The translations under genes and the position numbers were made by a program. Shown here piece after piece: positions 1 through 7,549 of a DNA stretch of 29,868 nt (position 1 is the first letter of the stretch; every line of letters starts with the position of its first letter). The notes beneath the pieces were generated by a model. The model had not been told where the DNA came from and did not search any database. It was given only the letters and a program-made list of their open reading frames with translations. Source of the DNA: a virus (lineage: Duplodnaviria > Caudoviricetes); IMG/VR virus record IMGVR_UViG_3300020045_000749, positions 1 to 29,868 of that record; one strand, 5' to 3'.

Positions 1-7
1 AACACGG

Positions 8-88
8 AAGCTTCACATGCTGTCTGGCGGGTTCGTGACCCGTTCGGCCAACCCGAGAAATTGGGAGACAGCAGGTGAAGCTTTTTTT
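8..88 (+). ncRNA. Structured leader or attenuator-like element upstream of the replication operon
   Basis: AAGCTTCAC(8-16)/GTGAAGCTT(75-83) and TGCTGTCT(18-25)/AGACAGCA(66-73) form a long stem enclosing two hairpins; a T7 run lies at 82-88. Confidence 0.6.
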
Positions 89-101
89 ATGGGCAAAAGA
101 A

Positions 102-221
102 ATGAATAACTACGAAAAGTATGAAGCCATGAAACGCGCTTGGATACTGGCAAATCCAGACGCGACCAATGAGGAATACCAGAACGCAATGCGCCGTATT
201 GCCGCAAAGTGCGGGGTTTAA
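102..221 (+). CDS. Small hypothetical phage protein, 39 aa (MNNYEKYEAMKRAWILANPDATNEEYQNAMRRIAAKCGV)
   Basis: Translated by hand, below the ORF-track cutoff; stop codon ends 1 nt before the GTG start of the initiator gene. Confidence 0.65.
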   Translation: MNNYEKYEAMKRAWILANPDATNEEYQNAMRRIAAKCGV

Positions 222-222
222 A

Positions 223-1038
223 GTGGCTAGGATTCGGACCATTAAACCTGAATTTTTTACAAGTTCTGACATTCTTGAATTGACGCCACTTGCACGCCTC
301 TTTTACATCGCTTTGTGGTGTGAGTCAGACCGAGAGGGGTTGCTTAACTGGAGTCCCAAGACACTGAAGTTCAGATACCTTCCTGGTGATGATATCGAGG
401 TTGAAGAAATTGCTGAAGAACTTATCGGCGCTGGTCTGATTGTCATCTTTACGTGCGAAGATGGCAAGGAACTGGCAAGCATCCCAAGCTTCAAAAACCA
501 TCAAGTAATCAACAATCGGGAAGCAGATAGCGTTTTAGATCGACGCGTGAAAGCGGCGTTGCCACGCGTGAAAGCGGAAGGGAAGGAAGGAAGGGAAGGG
601 AAGGGAAGGGAAGGGAAGGAAGAAGAGGCTATCGCCTCTGTCACATCGGACGAAAAACCGTCCAATGATGACCTACTTGGCAAGCCACAAGAAAACCAAT
701 TGAAATGCCCTGTAGGCCATATCGTTGATGCTTACCATGCAGCCATGCCTCTTAATCCGCAAGTGAAGGTTTTAAGCGATGCTAGAAGAAAAACCATATC
801 GGCTCGCTGGAAGGAGGCCGCAGCTATGACGGCTAAGCCATTTGGTTATTCGACTGTTGCTGATGGAATTGGGGCATGGAAGGAATTCTTTGAAATTTGC
901 AGCGAATCGCTTTTCTTGACTGGGCGTGCAAAAGCGCAACAGGGTAAGCCTCCTTTCCTTGCCGACATTGACTTTCTTATGTCACCATCAGGATTCGTTT
1001 CCGCGCTTGAAAACAAATATCACAGGGATGCAGCATGA
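223..1038 (+). CDS. Phage replication initiator / replisome organizer (lambda O-like role)
   Basis: Typical N-terminus MARIRTIKPEFF...LARLFYIALWC.SDREG from GTG at 223; EGKGREGK low-complexity linker; C-terminal ADIDFLM...LENKY; directly upstream of DnaB. Confidence 0.8.
   Translation: MARIRTIKPEFFTSSDILELTPLARLFYIALWCESDREGLLNWSPKTLKFRYLPGDDIEVEEIAEELIGAGLIVIFTCEDGKELASIPSFKNHQVINNREADSVLDRRVKAALPRVKAEGKEGREGKGREGKEEEAIASVTSDEKPSNDDLLGKPQENQLKCPVGHIVDAYHAAMPLNPQVKVLSDARRKTISARWKEAAAMTAKPFGYSTVADGIGAWKEFFEICSESLFLTGRAKAQQGKPPFLADIDFLMSPSGFVSALENKYHRDAA
543..629. repeat. Putative replication origin: two 14-bp direct repeats plus a GGAAG purine tract
   Basis: ACGCGTGAAAGCGG at 543-556 and 564-577 (21-bp period), followed by an all-purine GGAAG/GGGAAG run inside the initiator gene, as in lambdoid origins. 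Confidence 0.55.
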
Positions 1039-2399
1039 TGGAGCATGAAGATCACACCGTATCAATCCGCGCCGAACAAGCTGTACTTGGCTCTTTACTG
1101 GTTGACAATGATTCGTTGGACCGTTGCGCAGATTTGGAGGCGTCGCATTTTTACCGCGAGGATCACCGGTTGATCTTTGCAGAGATTCAGCGGCAGATCG
1201 CAGCAGGAAAGCGCGTTGACCCGATGACGTTGATGAACGTCTTGGCGAGCCGCGTTGAAGATTGCTTGAAATACTGCGCTACTTTGCGTATGTCGGCTGC
1301 GTCAGCCGCGAACATCGGGCGCCATGCTGAGATTGTCCGCGAGAAGGCCGATAAACGGGCGCTGGTGGCAATTGGGATAGAAGCGCAGGAGCTTGCAGCC
1401 TCACATCAAGATTCCGCCTCCTGCGTCGATCTGGTGGCTTCCAAGCTTGAGGCGCTTACGCAACGTAAAACGGCGCATGAGCCTAAACTGATTGGCGATA
1501 CGATGGTCGATTACCTGACCATGATTCAGGAGCGTATGGCGGGCTTGCATAAACCGATTGCTACCGGCTACACACATTTCGATGAGTTGATGGGTGGCGG
1601 GTTGGAGCGTGGCACGTTGACTGTAGTAGCTGCGAGGCCAGGCATGGGGAAAACAGCTTTTGGACTGGGGATTGCGCGCAACGTTGCAGCGAACGGCGGG
1701 ATATCGGCGATTCTCTCAATGGAAATGGCGGCGCAACAGATCAATGATCGCAACATGGCAGCAATTGGCAAGATTCCTCTTGCATGGCTTCGCAGCCCTA
1801 GCGAGAGCGACAATGACAGTCCTTATTGGAATCAGCTTTCGTATGCGACCCAAAAAGCGCAGGCAATGAAGCTCTGGATCGACGAGCAGGCCGGGATGAA
1901 CATGATTGAGCTTCGCGCAAAGGCGCGCAAGATTAAACGTAAAAGTGGGTTGGATATCCTAGTAATTGACCAGCTTAGTTTTATTCAGGGCGGCGACGCG
2001 GACCAAGATTGGCAGCGCATTGGGCAGTACACGCGCGGCATGATCGAGGTTGCAAAGAGCCTTGATATTGCGGTTGTGTTATTGGCGCAACTGAACCGCA
2101 AGTGTGAGGACAGGACCGATAAGCGTCCAATCATGTCGGATTTGGCGCAATCAGGCTCTATTGAGCAAGATGCTGCGAACATCGTTTTTCTCTACCGCGA
2201 TGTGATTTACAACAAAGAAACGCCCGAGCCAGAGGTTGCAGAAATAATCTCAGCGAAGCAGCGGCAAGGCGTACCAGGCACTGTGGGAATGCGCTACAAC
2301 GGGATATTTACACTGTTTGATGATATGCCTTACCGATGGGAACGAAAAGCGCCAGAGCGCGACCAATCGCAGAATAAGCAACGGCGCGGATTTAGTTGA
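1035..2399 (+). CDS. dnaB: Replicative DNA helicase, DnaB family
   Basis: AEQAVLGSLL N-terminus, Walker A AARPGMGKT, LSMEM, VIDQL, LAQLNR, DLAQSGSIEQDA and AKQRQG motifs. Confidence 0.95.
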   Translation: MMEHEDHTVSIRAEQAVLGSLLVDNDSLDRCADLEASHFYREDHRLIFAEIQRQIAAGKRVDPMTLMNVLASRVEDCLKYCATLRMSAASAANIGRHAEIVREKADKRALVAIGIEAQELAASHQDSASCVDLVASKLEALTQRKTAHEPKLIGDTMVDYLTMIQERMAGLHKPIATGYTHFDELMGGGLERGTLTVVAARPGMGKTAFGLGIARNVAANGGISAILSMEMAAQQINDRNMAAIGKIPLAWLRSPSESDNDSPYWNQLSYATQKAQAMKLWIDEQAGMNMIELRAKARKIKRKSGLDILVIDQLSFIQGGDADQDWQRIGQYTRGMIEVAKSLDIAVVLLAQLNRKCEDRTDKRPIMSDLAQSGSIEQDAANIVFLYRDVIYNKETPEPEVAEIISAKQRQGVPGTVGMRYNGIFTLFDDMPYRWERKAPERDQSQNKQRRGFS

Positions 2400-2443
2400 A
2401 GTACCGAATTCACCAGATGCAGTCTAACCAAGGAGAGATAAAA

Positions 2444-2821
2444 ATGCACATTCCAACACTCAAGGAATACCACGAAATGCAGGAAGTTACCTCGTACGAA
2501 AGACAGATTCTGGCATGGATGCGCAGCAAGGGGGGCGAGGTAGTTGTCGCTACCGCGATTGCCAAGAAGTTTAACGTTGGCAATGCAGCTATGCTGACCC
2601 TGCTGAATGAATTAGCAGCGGCTGGCAAGATTCGCCGCGCAGCTCGCCGCAACAACAAAAACGCTGCCGCCTTCTACATCCCCAGCGAGGCCGAGCTTGA
2701 CGCTGAACGGCGCATGACGCAGGAGGCAAAAGTAACGGCTCCTCTGAAGATCGACAAGGTTCGCCAGGAGCTTTACGCGCAGATCGCGGCTAGTCGTGCT
2801 GCAATGCCGAGCAAGGGGTAA
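2444..2821 (+). CDS. Hypothetical protein, possibly winged-helix DNA-binding
   Basis: AGGAG RBS before ATG 2444; pattern ILAWMR...TAIAKKFNV...LLNELAAAGKIRR resembles a wHTH. Confidence 0.6.
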   Translation: MHIPTLKEYHEMQEVTSYERQILAWMRSKGGEVVVATAIAKKFNVGNAAMLTLLNELAAAGKIRRAARRNNKNAAAFYIPSEAELDAERRMTQEAKVTAPLKIDKVRQELYAQIAASRAAMPSKG

Positions 2822-2824
2822 GCT

Positions 2825-3121
2825 ATGGAGATCCCAATCATCACGATTCAAGTAGAACGCATGCGCCATACGTTGCAAATGGCGCTCATGGAACATAGCA
2901 AGCTGCTCGGCGATGAAATGCAGAAAGCGGTTGATGAAGCCGTGCAGCCAGAGGCAATTGCGTATCTCATGCGGAAGCAGGTTGAGGAACATTTGAACTT
3001 GGCTGTAAAAGAGGAGGTGCGCAGGTTCTTTTCCTACACCGGACCCGGACGCGAAGCAATCAAATTGGCTGTGTACAAGCATCTTGAAGAACTTTACCCA
3101 TCAGAGGATTCTAATGGCTAA
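2825..3121 (+). CDS. Hypothetical protein
   Basis: 98-aa ORF tightly packed in the operon. Confidence 0.7.
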   Translation: MEIPIITIQVERMRHTLQMALMEHSKLLGDEMQKAVDEAVQPEAIAYLMRKQVEEHLNLAVKEEVRRFFSYTGPGREAIKLAVYKHLEELYPSEDSNG

Positions 3122-3605
3122 GCCTCGCAAGAAATACGTCCCCAAGCGCTGCTTTCAAGGCGGCGGGCTACTTGCCCTGTTGCGGATCGAAGCGCGCGCC
3201 GAGAACGCCTCACCACTACGCGATGACCAGAAAGACGACTTAGGCCGGAACTACTGGCTCTCGTTCACGAACCTGACGCAAGGAAGTGCCAGCTATGAGA
3301 GCTGGGAGAACTGCGTAGGATGCCTAAACATGGGTCTGGTGCTTGCTGAGAAGGTCTTCCAAGGGCAAGGGGAAGATGAAATGGTTGCGGCGCTTGACGG
3401 GCTGTTTAAGGCCAAGCTACGCGGCGACAAGACAGGCCGATACCGGCTTGACGGTGACGGCATCCAAGCTGTGCGGGAAGCGCTCATGATCCATGACGAG
3501 CAACTGAAGCTTGCGCACCGCAGGGAAATTGTAGACAGCATTTCCACTGTCAAGCAGCGAGTAGCCAACGGTAACGTGTATAGCGCAGAAACAACAGCCG
3601 CGTGA
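3114..3605 (+). CDS. Hypothetical phage protein (MAKPRKKYVPK...)
   Basis: GAGG RBS before ATG 3114, which overlaps the end of the previous gene. Confidence 0.7.
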   Translation: MAKPRKKYVPKRCFQGGGLLALLRIEARAENASPLRDDQKDDLGRNYWLSFTNLTQGSASYESWENCVGCLNMGLVLAEKVFQGQGEDEMVAALDGLFKAKLRGDKTGRYRLDGDGIQAVREALMIHDEQLKLAHRREIVDSISTVKQRVANGNVYSAETTAA

Positions 3606-3620
3606 ATTGTGCGATAGTTC

Positions 3621-3649
3621 TTGCGTGCGGATAAGTGGCAGGGTATATT
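3621..3649 (+). promoter_or_regulatory. sigma70-like promoter of the protease gene
   Basis: TTGCGT(3621-3626), 17 bp spacer, TATATT(3644-3649). Confidence 0.6.
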
Positions 3650-3686
3650 ACGTACATCAGCAGCGCAAACCGAACCGGAGATTAAA

Positions 3687-4910
3687 ATGAACGCCACCAA
3701 ATACGATCTGCGCAAGTACGAAAACTCCGTGGACAATCAAGGACCATGGCAGACATGTTTTCAAAACGCGCTGACCTCGTCTATGGAAATGATGATGAAA
3801 CAGGCGGGACATGATGTTGGCCAGTTGTCGCGCTTGCAGAACTATTACGACACGCGGGTGTATCAGGATGACGTAGGCGTTGATAGCGGCTCTGTGAGCT
3901 ACGCGGCTTTGTTGGCTGCGCAGCGCATCGGGATTGCGCCGGAAAGCCTGTGGAGCTACACGCAAGCGAATCTGATGCCAAAGCCGAGCGATGCGGTCTA
4001 CGCGGCTGCAAACGTCAAGGTGATGAGCTACGACAACATACCGATGTTCTACAAAGTGACAGAAATCCGCGATTGGGTGCTAGATCATCTGTCAGAGGGT
4101 AAGAGCGTCATCATCGCCATGCACCTGCGCTACTTCTTCAAGTACCAGAGCGGCCCGCTTGCACAGCAGGACAGCGACGGTAAAGGCGTGAGCTACGGCG
4201 GTCACGCGGTCGAGATTGTCGGCTGGGATAGCAACCTTAACGGTGGTAGCTACATCGTTAAAAACAGCTATGGTGTCAATTGGGGCGATCACGGTTACGG
4301 TTCAATCAGCTACAAGCAGTTTGATTTCAGTAACAATACGGACCTGATTTCGATGCAATCGATCACTGGCATCAAGGTTGGCGACAAGGAATTCGACTTC
4401 ACGTTTAGCGATCTACGCGAAACGGTCGCCGAACAGTACACGACGATCCTTGGCCGCGCTGCTGACATTGCCGGCATGAACTGGTACACAGACAAGGCGC
4501 AAGCCATCGTGGAAACCAAATGGCAGCTTGCAGAAAGCCTCATCAACTCGGCGGAGGGCAAGGCGCTTTACGAGACGCTGAGCAACGTTCAGTTCGTACA
4601 GCAGGTCTACAGCAACGTGCTGGGCCGTGCGGCTGACACTGGCGGCTTGGAGTTCTGGAGCCACGCGCTTGACGATGGCGTATCACGTGGCAAACTGTTT
4701 GCTGAGTTCCTGCAATCCATGGAAGCGCCAAACGCCGAGAATCACGAACTGTTCGACAACAAGGTCAACATGAGCATGAATATTTCCATAACGCATCAAT
4801 ATGATGGCGAACATAATGCCGATGTGGCAAAGCTGCTGGCGCAAGTTACGGCCAACGATAATAACCTTGAGGTGCTGAAAATCGGCATCCCTGAGGCTTG
4901 GAGCGTTTAA
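3687..4910 (+). CDS. Papain-like (C1 family) cysteine peptidase fused to DUF4214 / S-layer-anchor-like domain
   Basis: YDLR...VDNQGPWQTCF (oxyanion Gln and catalytic Cys), GGHAVEIVGWD (His), YIVKNSYGVNWGDHGY (Asn); C-terminal repeats YTTILGRAADIAGMNWY and YSNVLGRAADTGGLEFW; GGAG RBS before ATG 3687. Confidence 0.85.
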   Translation: MNATKYDLRKYENSVDNQGPWQTCFQNALTSSMEMMMKQAGHDVGQLSRLQNYYDTRVYQDDVGVDSGSVSYAALLAAQRIGIAPESLWSYTQANLMPKPSDAVYAAANVKVMSYDNIPMFYKVTEIRDWVLDHLSEGKSVIIAMHLRYFFKYQSGPLAQQDSDGKGVSYGGHAVEIVGWDSNLNGGSYIVKNSYGVNWGDHGYGSISYKQFDFSNNTDLISMQSITGIKVGDKEFDFTFSDLRETVAEQYTTILGRAADIAGMNWYTDKAQAIVETKWQLAESLINSAEGKALYETLSNVQFVQQVYSNVLGRAADTGGLEFWSHALDDGVSRGKLFAEFLQSMEAPNAENHELFDNKVNMSMNISITHQYDGEHNADVAKLLAQVTANDNNLEVLKIGIPEAWSV

Positions 4911-4931
4911 ACAATAACCTAGAGGAGTAAC

Positions 4932-5270
4932 ATGAAACCACATCCGCAAGCAGAATGGATTAAAGCTAAGGCCGATGGTCATACAATCCAATATGAATCA
5001 ACCAGACTTTGCGCATCTGGAGGTAAAGAATTGGTATGGAGGGATATGGAGCATGATGATTGGGGATTTGATGTGTTATTAAAATTCCGCATCAAGCCAG
5101 CTGCGCCAAAGTGGCCAGAGACGACTTTGACAGACAAGGAAATTCGGGACGTCATTGACAAGGCAAAAACGGGTATTCCTAATGAAGCGCGAGCAGTTGC
5201 CAACGCCGCACTTGTGCATGCGCTTGAAACGGGCCAGGTAGTGCTGCCAAAATCGCCAAGGGAACAATAA
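4932..5270 (+). CDS. Hypothetical phage protein
   Basis: Strong RBS AGAGGAG; 112-aa ORF. Confidence 0.75.
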   Translation: MKPHPQAEWIKAKADGHTIQYESTRLCASGGKELVWRDMEHDDWGFDVLLKFRIKPAAPKWPETTLTDKEIRDVIDKAKTGIPNEARAVANAALVHALETGQVVLPKSPREQ

Positions 5271-5446
5271 TGAACATCGAACAAATCAAGAAAGACCGTG
5301 AGCAGGGCATCATGATCTGCCGCGCCACGTATGACAAGCTGGTTGAGGCAAGCTTGATGATGCAGCGGGCGTTAGATGATGCAAGTCGTTACGATTTTGA
5401 CCCTTTGGATGCAAAACAGGTTCTTGAAAAAGTGAAGGCGTTATGA
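5270..5446 (+). CDS. Small hypothetical protein, 58 aa (MNIEQIKKDREQGIMICRATYDKLVEAS...)
   Basis: Translated by hand; TAATG coupling upstream and ATGA coupling downstream. Confidence 0.65.
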   Translation: MNIEQIKKDREQGIMICRATYDKLVEASLMMQRALDDASRYDFDPLDAKQVLEKVKAL

Positions 5447-5778
5447 CTACTGACCGTGAACTGCTGGAGCTGGCGGCTAAGGCGTCTGGATTGCCTGTGG
5501 AATTCGACTGCGAAATAAATGGATGGTTTGCGCATGGACGCGATAAAGATGGCGATGTAGATCGTTGGTGGAACCCCCTCACTGACGACGGTGACGCGCT
5601 GCGGCTGGCCGTGAAGCTGGGTATCGCTTTGGATAAAGCTGTTGGGCGCTGTTGGACTTTTTCGGCTGGAATGGCAATAGAAGGCGTTTGTGAGGAGTTC
5701 TATAAAGACGATCCATACGCTGCTACCCGCCGTGCCATTGTTCGTGCTGCCGCCGAACTGGGAAAGGCTATGCCATGA
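5443..5778 (+). CDS. Hypothetical phage protein, paralog A (DRELLELAAKA...WNPL.DDGDA.RLA...ATRRAIVR family)
   Basis: Shares three sequence blocks with 5989-6324. Confidence 0.8.
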   Translation: MTTDRELLELAAKASGLPVEFDCEINGWFAHGRDKDGDVDRWWNPLTDDGDALRLAVKLGIALDKAVGRCWTFSAGMAIEGVCEEFYKDDPYAATRRAIVRAAAELGKAMP

Positions 5779-5987
5779 GCCCCGCTAACCGCCTCCTACA
5801 CCACCTACGCGGCCAGCAGCTCAAAGCATTAGCTCGCATAGTAGGTGAGTTGCAACCGCAAGACGCGGAGGCCGTGCGGCGCTTCTTATTCATTGTAGGG
5901 CCTCAGTACGATATGCTGGCGCTGTCCGACTATGCGCTCGAAGAAATCGATATCATAAGCGGTCGATATTTTGATAAGGTGGGATGA
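5775..5987 (+). CDS. Hypothetical protein
   Basis: ATGA overlap with the previous gene; fills the gap between the two paralogs. Confidence 0.6.
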   Translation: MSPANRLLHHLRGQQLKALARIVGELQPQDAEAVRRFLFIVGPQYDMLALSDYALEEIDIISGRYFDKVG

Positions 5988-5988
5988 T

Positions 5989-6324
5989 ATGACGGACCGT
6001 GAATTGTTGGAACTGGCTGCAAAGGCGGCCGGTATCAAGATTAATAAGTCACGACAGGCTGAGCGAGATTCTTGGGATGAGGAAGGACTTGGAGAGTTGG
6101 CTCTTCGCCTCGGATTGTGGACTACCACTACGACTAATTGGAACCCTCTGATAGACGACGGCGATGCATTTCGCCTTGCAAGCGCAACAAACCAAACTGT
6201 GGAGTTCGGTAATAACATGGTAATTCATCCATCAATGGAAGCTGGAGAAGGAATAGACCCACTAAATGCGACTCGCCGCGCCATCGTTCGAGTTGCTGCT
6301 GAAATAGGGAGAGTGATGTTATGA
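5989..6324 (+). CDS. Hypothetical phage protein, paralog B
   Basis: MTDRELLELAAKAAG...WNPLIDDGDAFRLA...ATRRAIVRVAAEIG. Confidence 0.8.
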   Translation: MTDRELLELAAKAAGIKINKSRQAERDSWDEEGLGELALRLGLWTTTTTNWNPLIDDGDAFRLASATNQTVEFGNNMVIHPSMEAGEGIDPLNATRRAIVRVAAEIGRVML

Positions 6325-6389
6325 ACCAAGATCAGCATGACCAAGCGCGCCGTGAGTTAGGATGGGCGTTTAAAGGAGCGGGGCGATGA
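6321..6389 (+). CDS. Putative 22-aa peptide (MNQDQHDQARRELGWAFKGAGR)
   Basis: ATGA coupling on both sides; GGGAG upstream. Confidence 0.4.
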   Translation: MNQDQHDQARRELGWAFKGAGR

Positions 6390-6463
6390 GCAAATTCCAA
6401 ATATTTTGCATGATCTGCTCAGTTGTTGTTTTCTGCGCATATCTTTGGCGCGTACTTCGTTAA
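6386..6463 (+). CDS. Putative 25-aa single-pass membrane peptide (MSKFQIFCMICSVVVFCAYLWRVLR)
   Basis: AAAGGAG RBS at 6372-6378, ATGA coupling, hydrophobic core with basic flanks. Confidence 0.5.
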   Translation: MSKFQIFCMICSVVVFCAYLWRVLR

Positions 6464-6469
6464 AGTTGC

Positions 6470-6497
6470 TTGACGCAACATAGGCATAGTGTAGAAT
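6470..6497 (+). promoter_or_regulatory. sigma70-like promoter driving the non-coding RNA cluster
   Basis: TTGACG(6470-6475), 16 bp spacer, TAGAAT(6492-6497); the first long stem begins at 6507. Confidence 0.65.
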
Positions 6498-6926
6498 TAA
6501 GTCTTCTCTGATTGGTTTTGGCCGTAACTGCACCTTAACCAAACGTAAGAAACCGAGGGGAGAGCCTTCGATGCCAATCAGATAAGTTTTAAAAAAGCGC
6601 AGGGTTCGCAGCACCCGCCCGAGTAGATTGGGCAAAGCTGCAAGTAGCAAAGCACTCCCGTCATAGACGAGCATTGCCAAAAGCTGCCACGTAAGCCAGA
6701 TAGCCTAACAAGGCGCTGCGGTGCCGGCTAAGGTACGAAGTCTCCCTGATAGTGCTGTAGTAAAACGATTGGCGATGGGTTAGAGGTCTGAAATGCCGCC
6801 ATACGCAAGTACGCTACGGGCCATCCGTAGGGGCCAATCGTGTAGTAAATGGCAAAGGCAGATAGCACTATGCAAAGGCGCATGCGCAAGAGCTAGGTTG
6901 GCATACTGGAAGTAGCCATGTAGCAA

Positions 6927-7027
6927 ATGGTGAATAGCGCAGGCTGATGCGCAATCGCGGATATATCGCTGAGGCTGTATAAACGCGGTTTAGGTGTCTA
7001 ATGCCGGATTTCAGCACTGGCCACCAT
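6927..7027 (+). ncRNA. Cloverleaf kissing-loop RNA, copy 1 (resembles the sRNA-Xcc1 family, from memory)
   Basis: ATGGTG/CACCAT closing stem; GCGCA-GGCTGA-TGCGC hairpin; GCCGG-ATTTCAGCA-CTGGC hairpin; loops GCTGA and TCAGC are complementary. Confidence 0.7.
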
Positions 7028-7119
7028 ACAGTACCCGTAAGAAGCCGCGCACCGCAAGAGAGCGCCGGGAGAGGCAACTCCCAAGATCGTTTCCTGCCGC
7101 GTGTGAATCAAGTGCAGGT

Positions 7120-7201
7120 GTAGGCCGTCATTAATTCGTCGACTGATGAAGCCGCAAGGCAGAAACGCGAAAGCGTCTCGACAGTCCCTCGTGACGGCTA
7201 C
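7120..7201 (+). ncRNA. Type I hammerhead ribozyme
   Basis: Stem I GTCGA(7138-42)/TCGAC(7178-82); core CTGATGA(7143-49); stem II GCC-GCAA-GGC; GAAA; stem III CGC-GAAA-GCG; GTC cleavage triplet at 7175-7177; distal stem I GCCGTCA(7124-30)/TGACGGC(7192-98). Confidence 0.88.
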
Positions 7202-7549
7202 GATAGGGGCAGAGTCACACTGACGTATCGGAAAGACGATGGACCGGGAAACCGGTAGCATTTTGTAGTACCGAGCCGCAAAGTGTCAGAAGCTTTGCAA
7301 AAGCCCTAGCAAGGGCGCGGCCGATTCGATAACGCCACTTTACGGCAGGCTCTAGCAGGGACCGGCGAACGCGGTCTACAGAACACATTTGAAACCGTAG
7401 GTGTGGATCGGGAATCAATAATCCCATCAGCATAAGCGCCAACCCTCCACCCAGTCTTAGGCTGGGACGTTTTACGGCGTGATTATGCAGAGCTAAGTTA
7501 AGAGCGCAGCGGATGAAAGCTCCGAGTAGTACCTGTCTCGTAAGAGACG

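Noticed and set aside
169-222. ORF-track upstream starts (169, and likewise 2396, 3084, 3621, 5971, 17134, 18035, 21613, 26745, 28182, 29149, 29405)
   Set aside because: Downstream starts have RBSs or stop-start coupling; the TTG at 3621 is the -35 box of a promoter
6927-7027. Identity with P1 C4 / P4 CI antisense RNA
   Set aside because: Cloverleaf shape is similar, but I cannot match the sequence to C4 as I recall it, and no ant/icd-type target region is visible in the window
7225-7260. c-di-GMP-I (GEMM) riboswitch suggested by tandem GAAA hairpins
   Set aside because: Lacks the GCAAA/tetraloop-receptor architecture and is not in the leader of a gene
7450-7532. Pistol ribozyme
   Set aside because: A hairpin with a pseudoknot-capable loop is present, but the AAA linker, P2 and the GU cleavage junction cannot be placed
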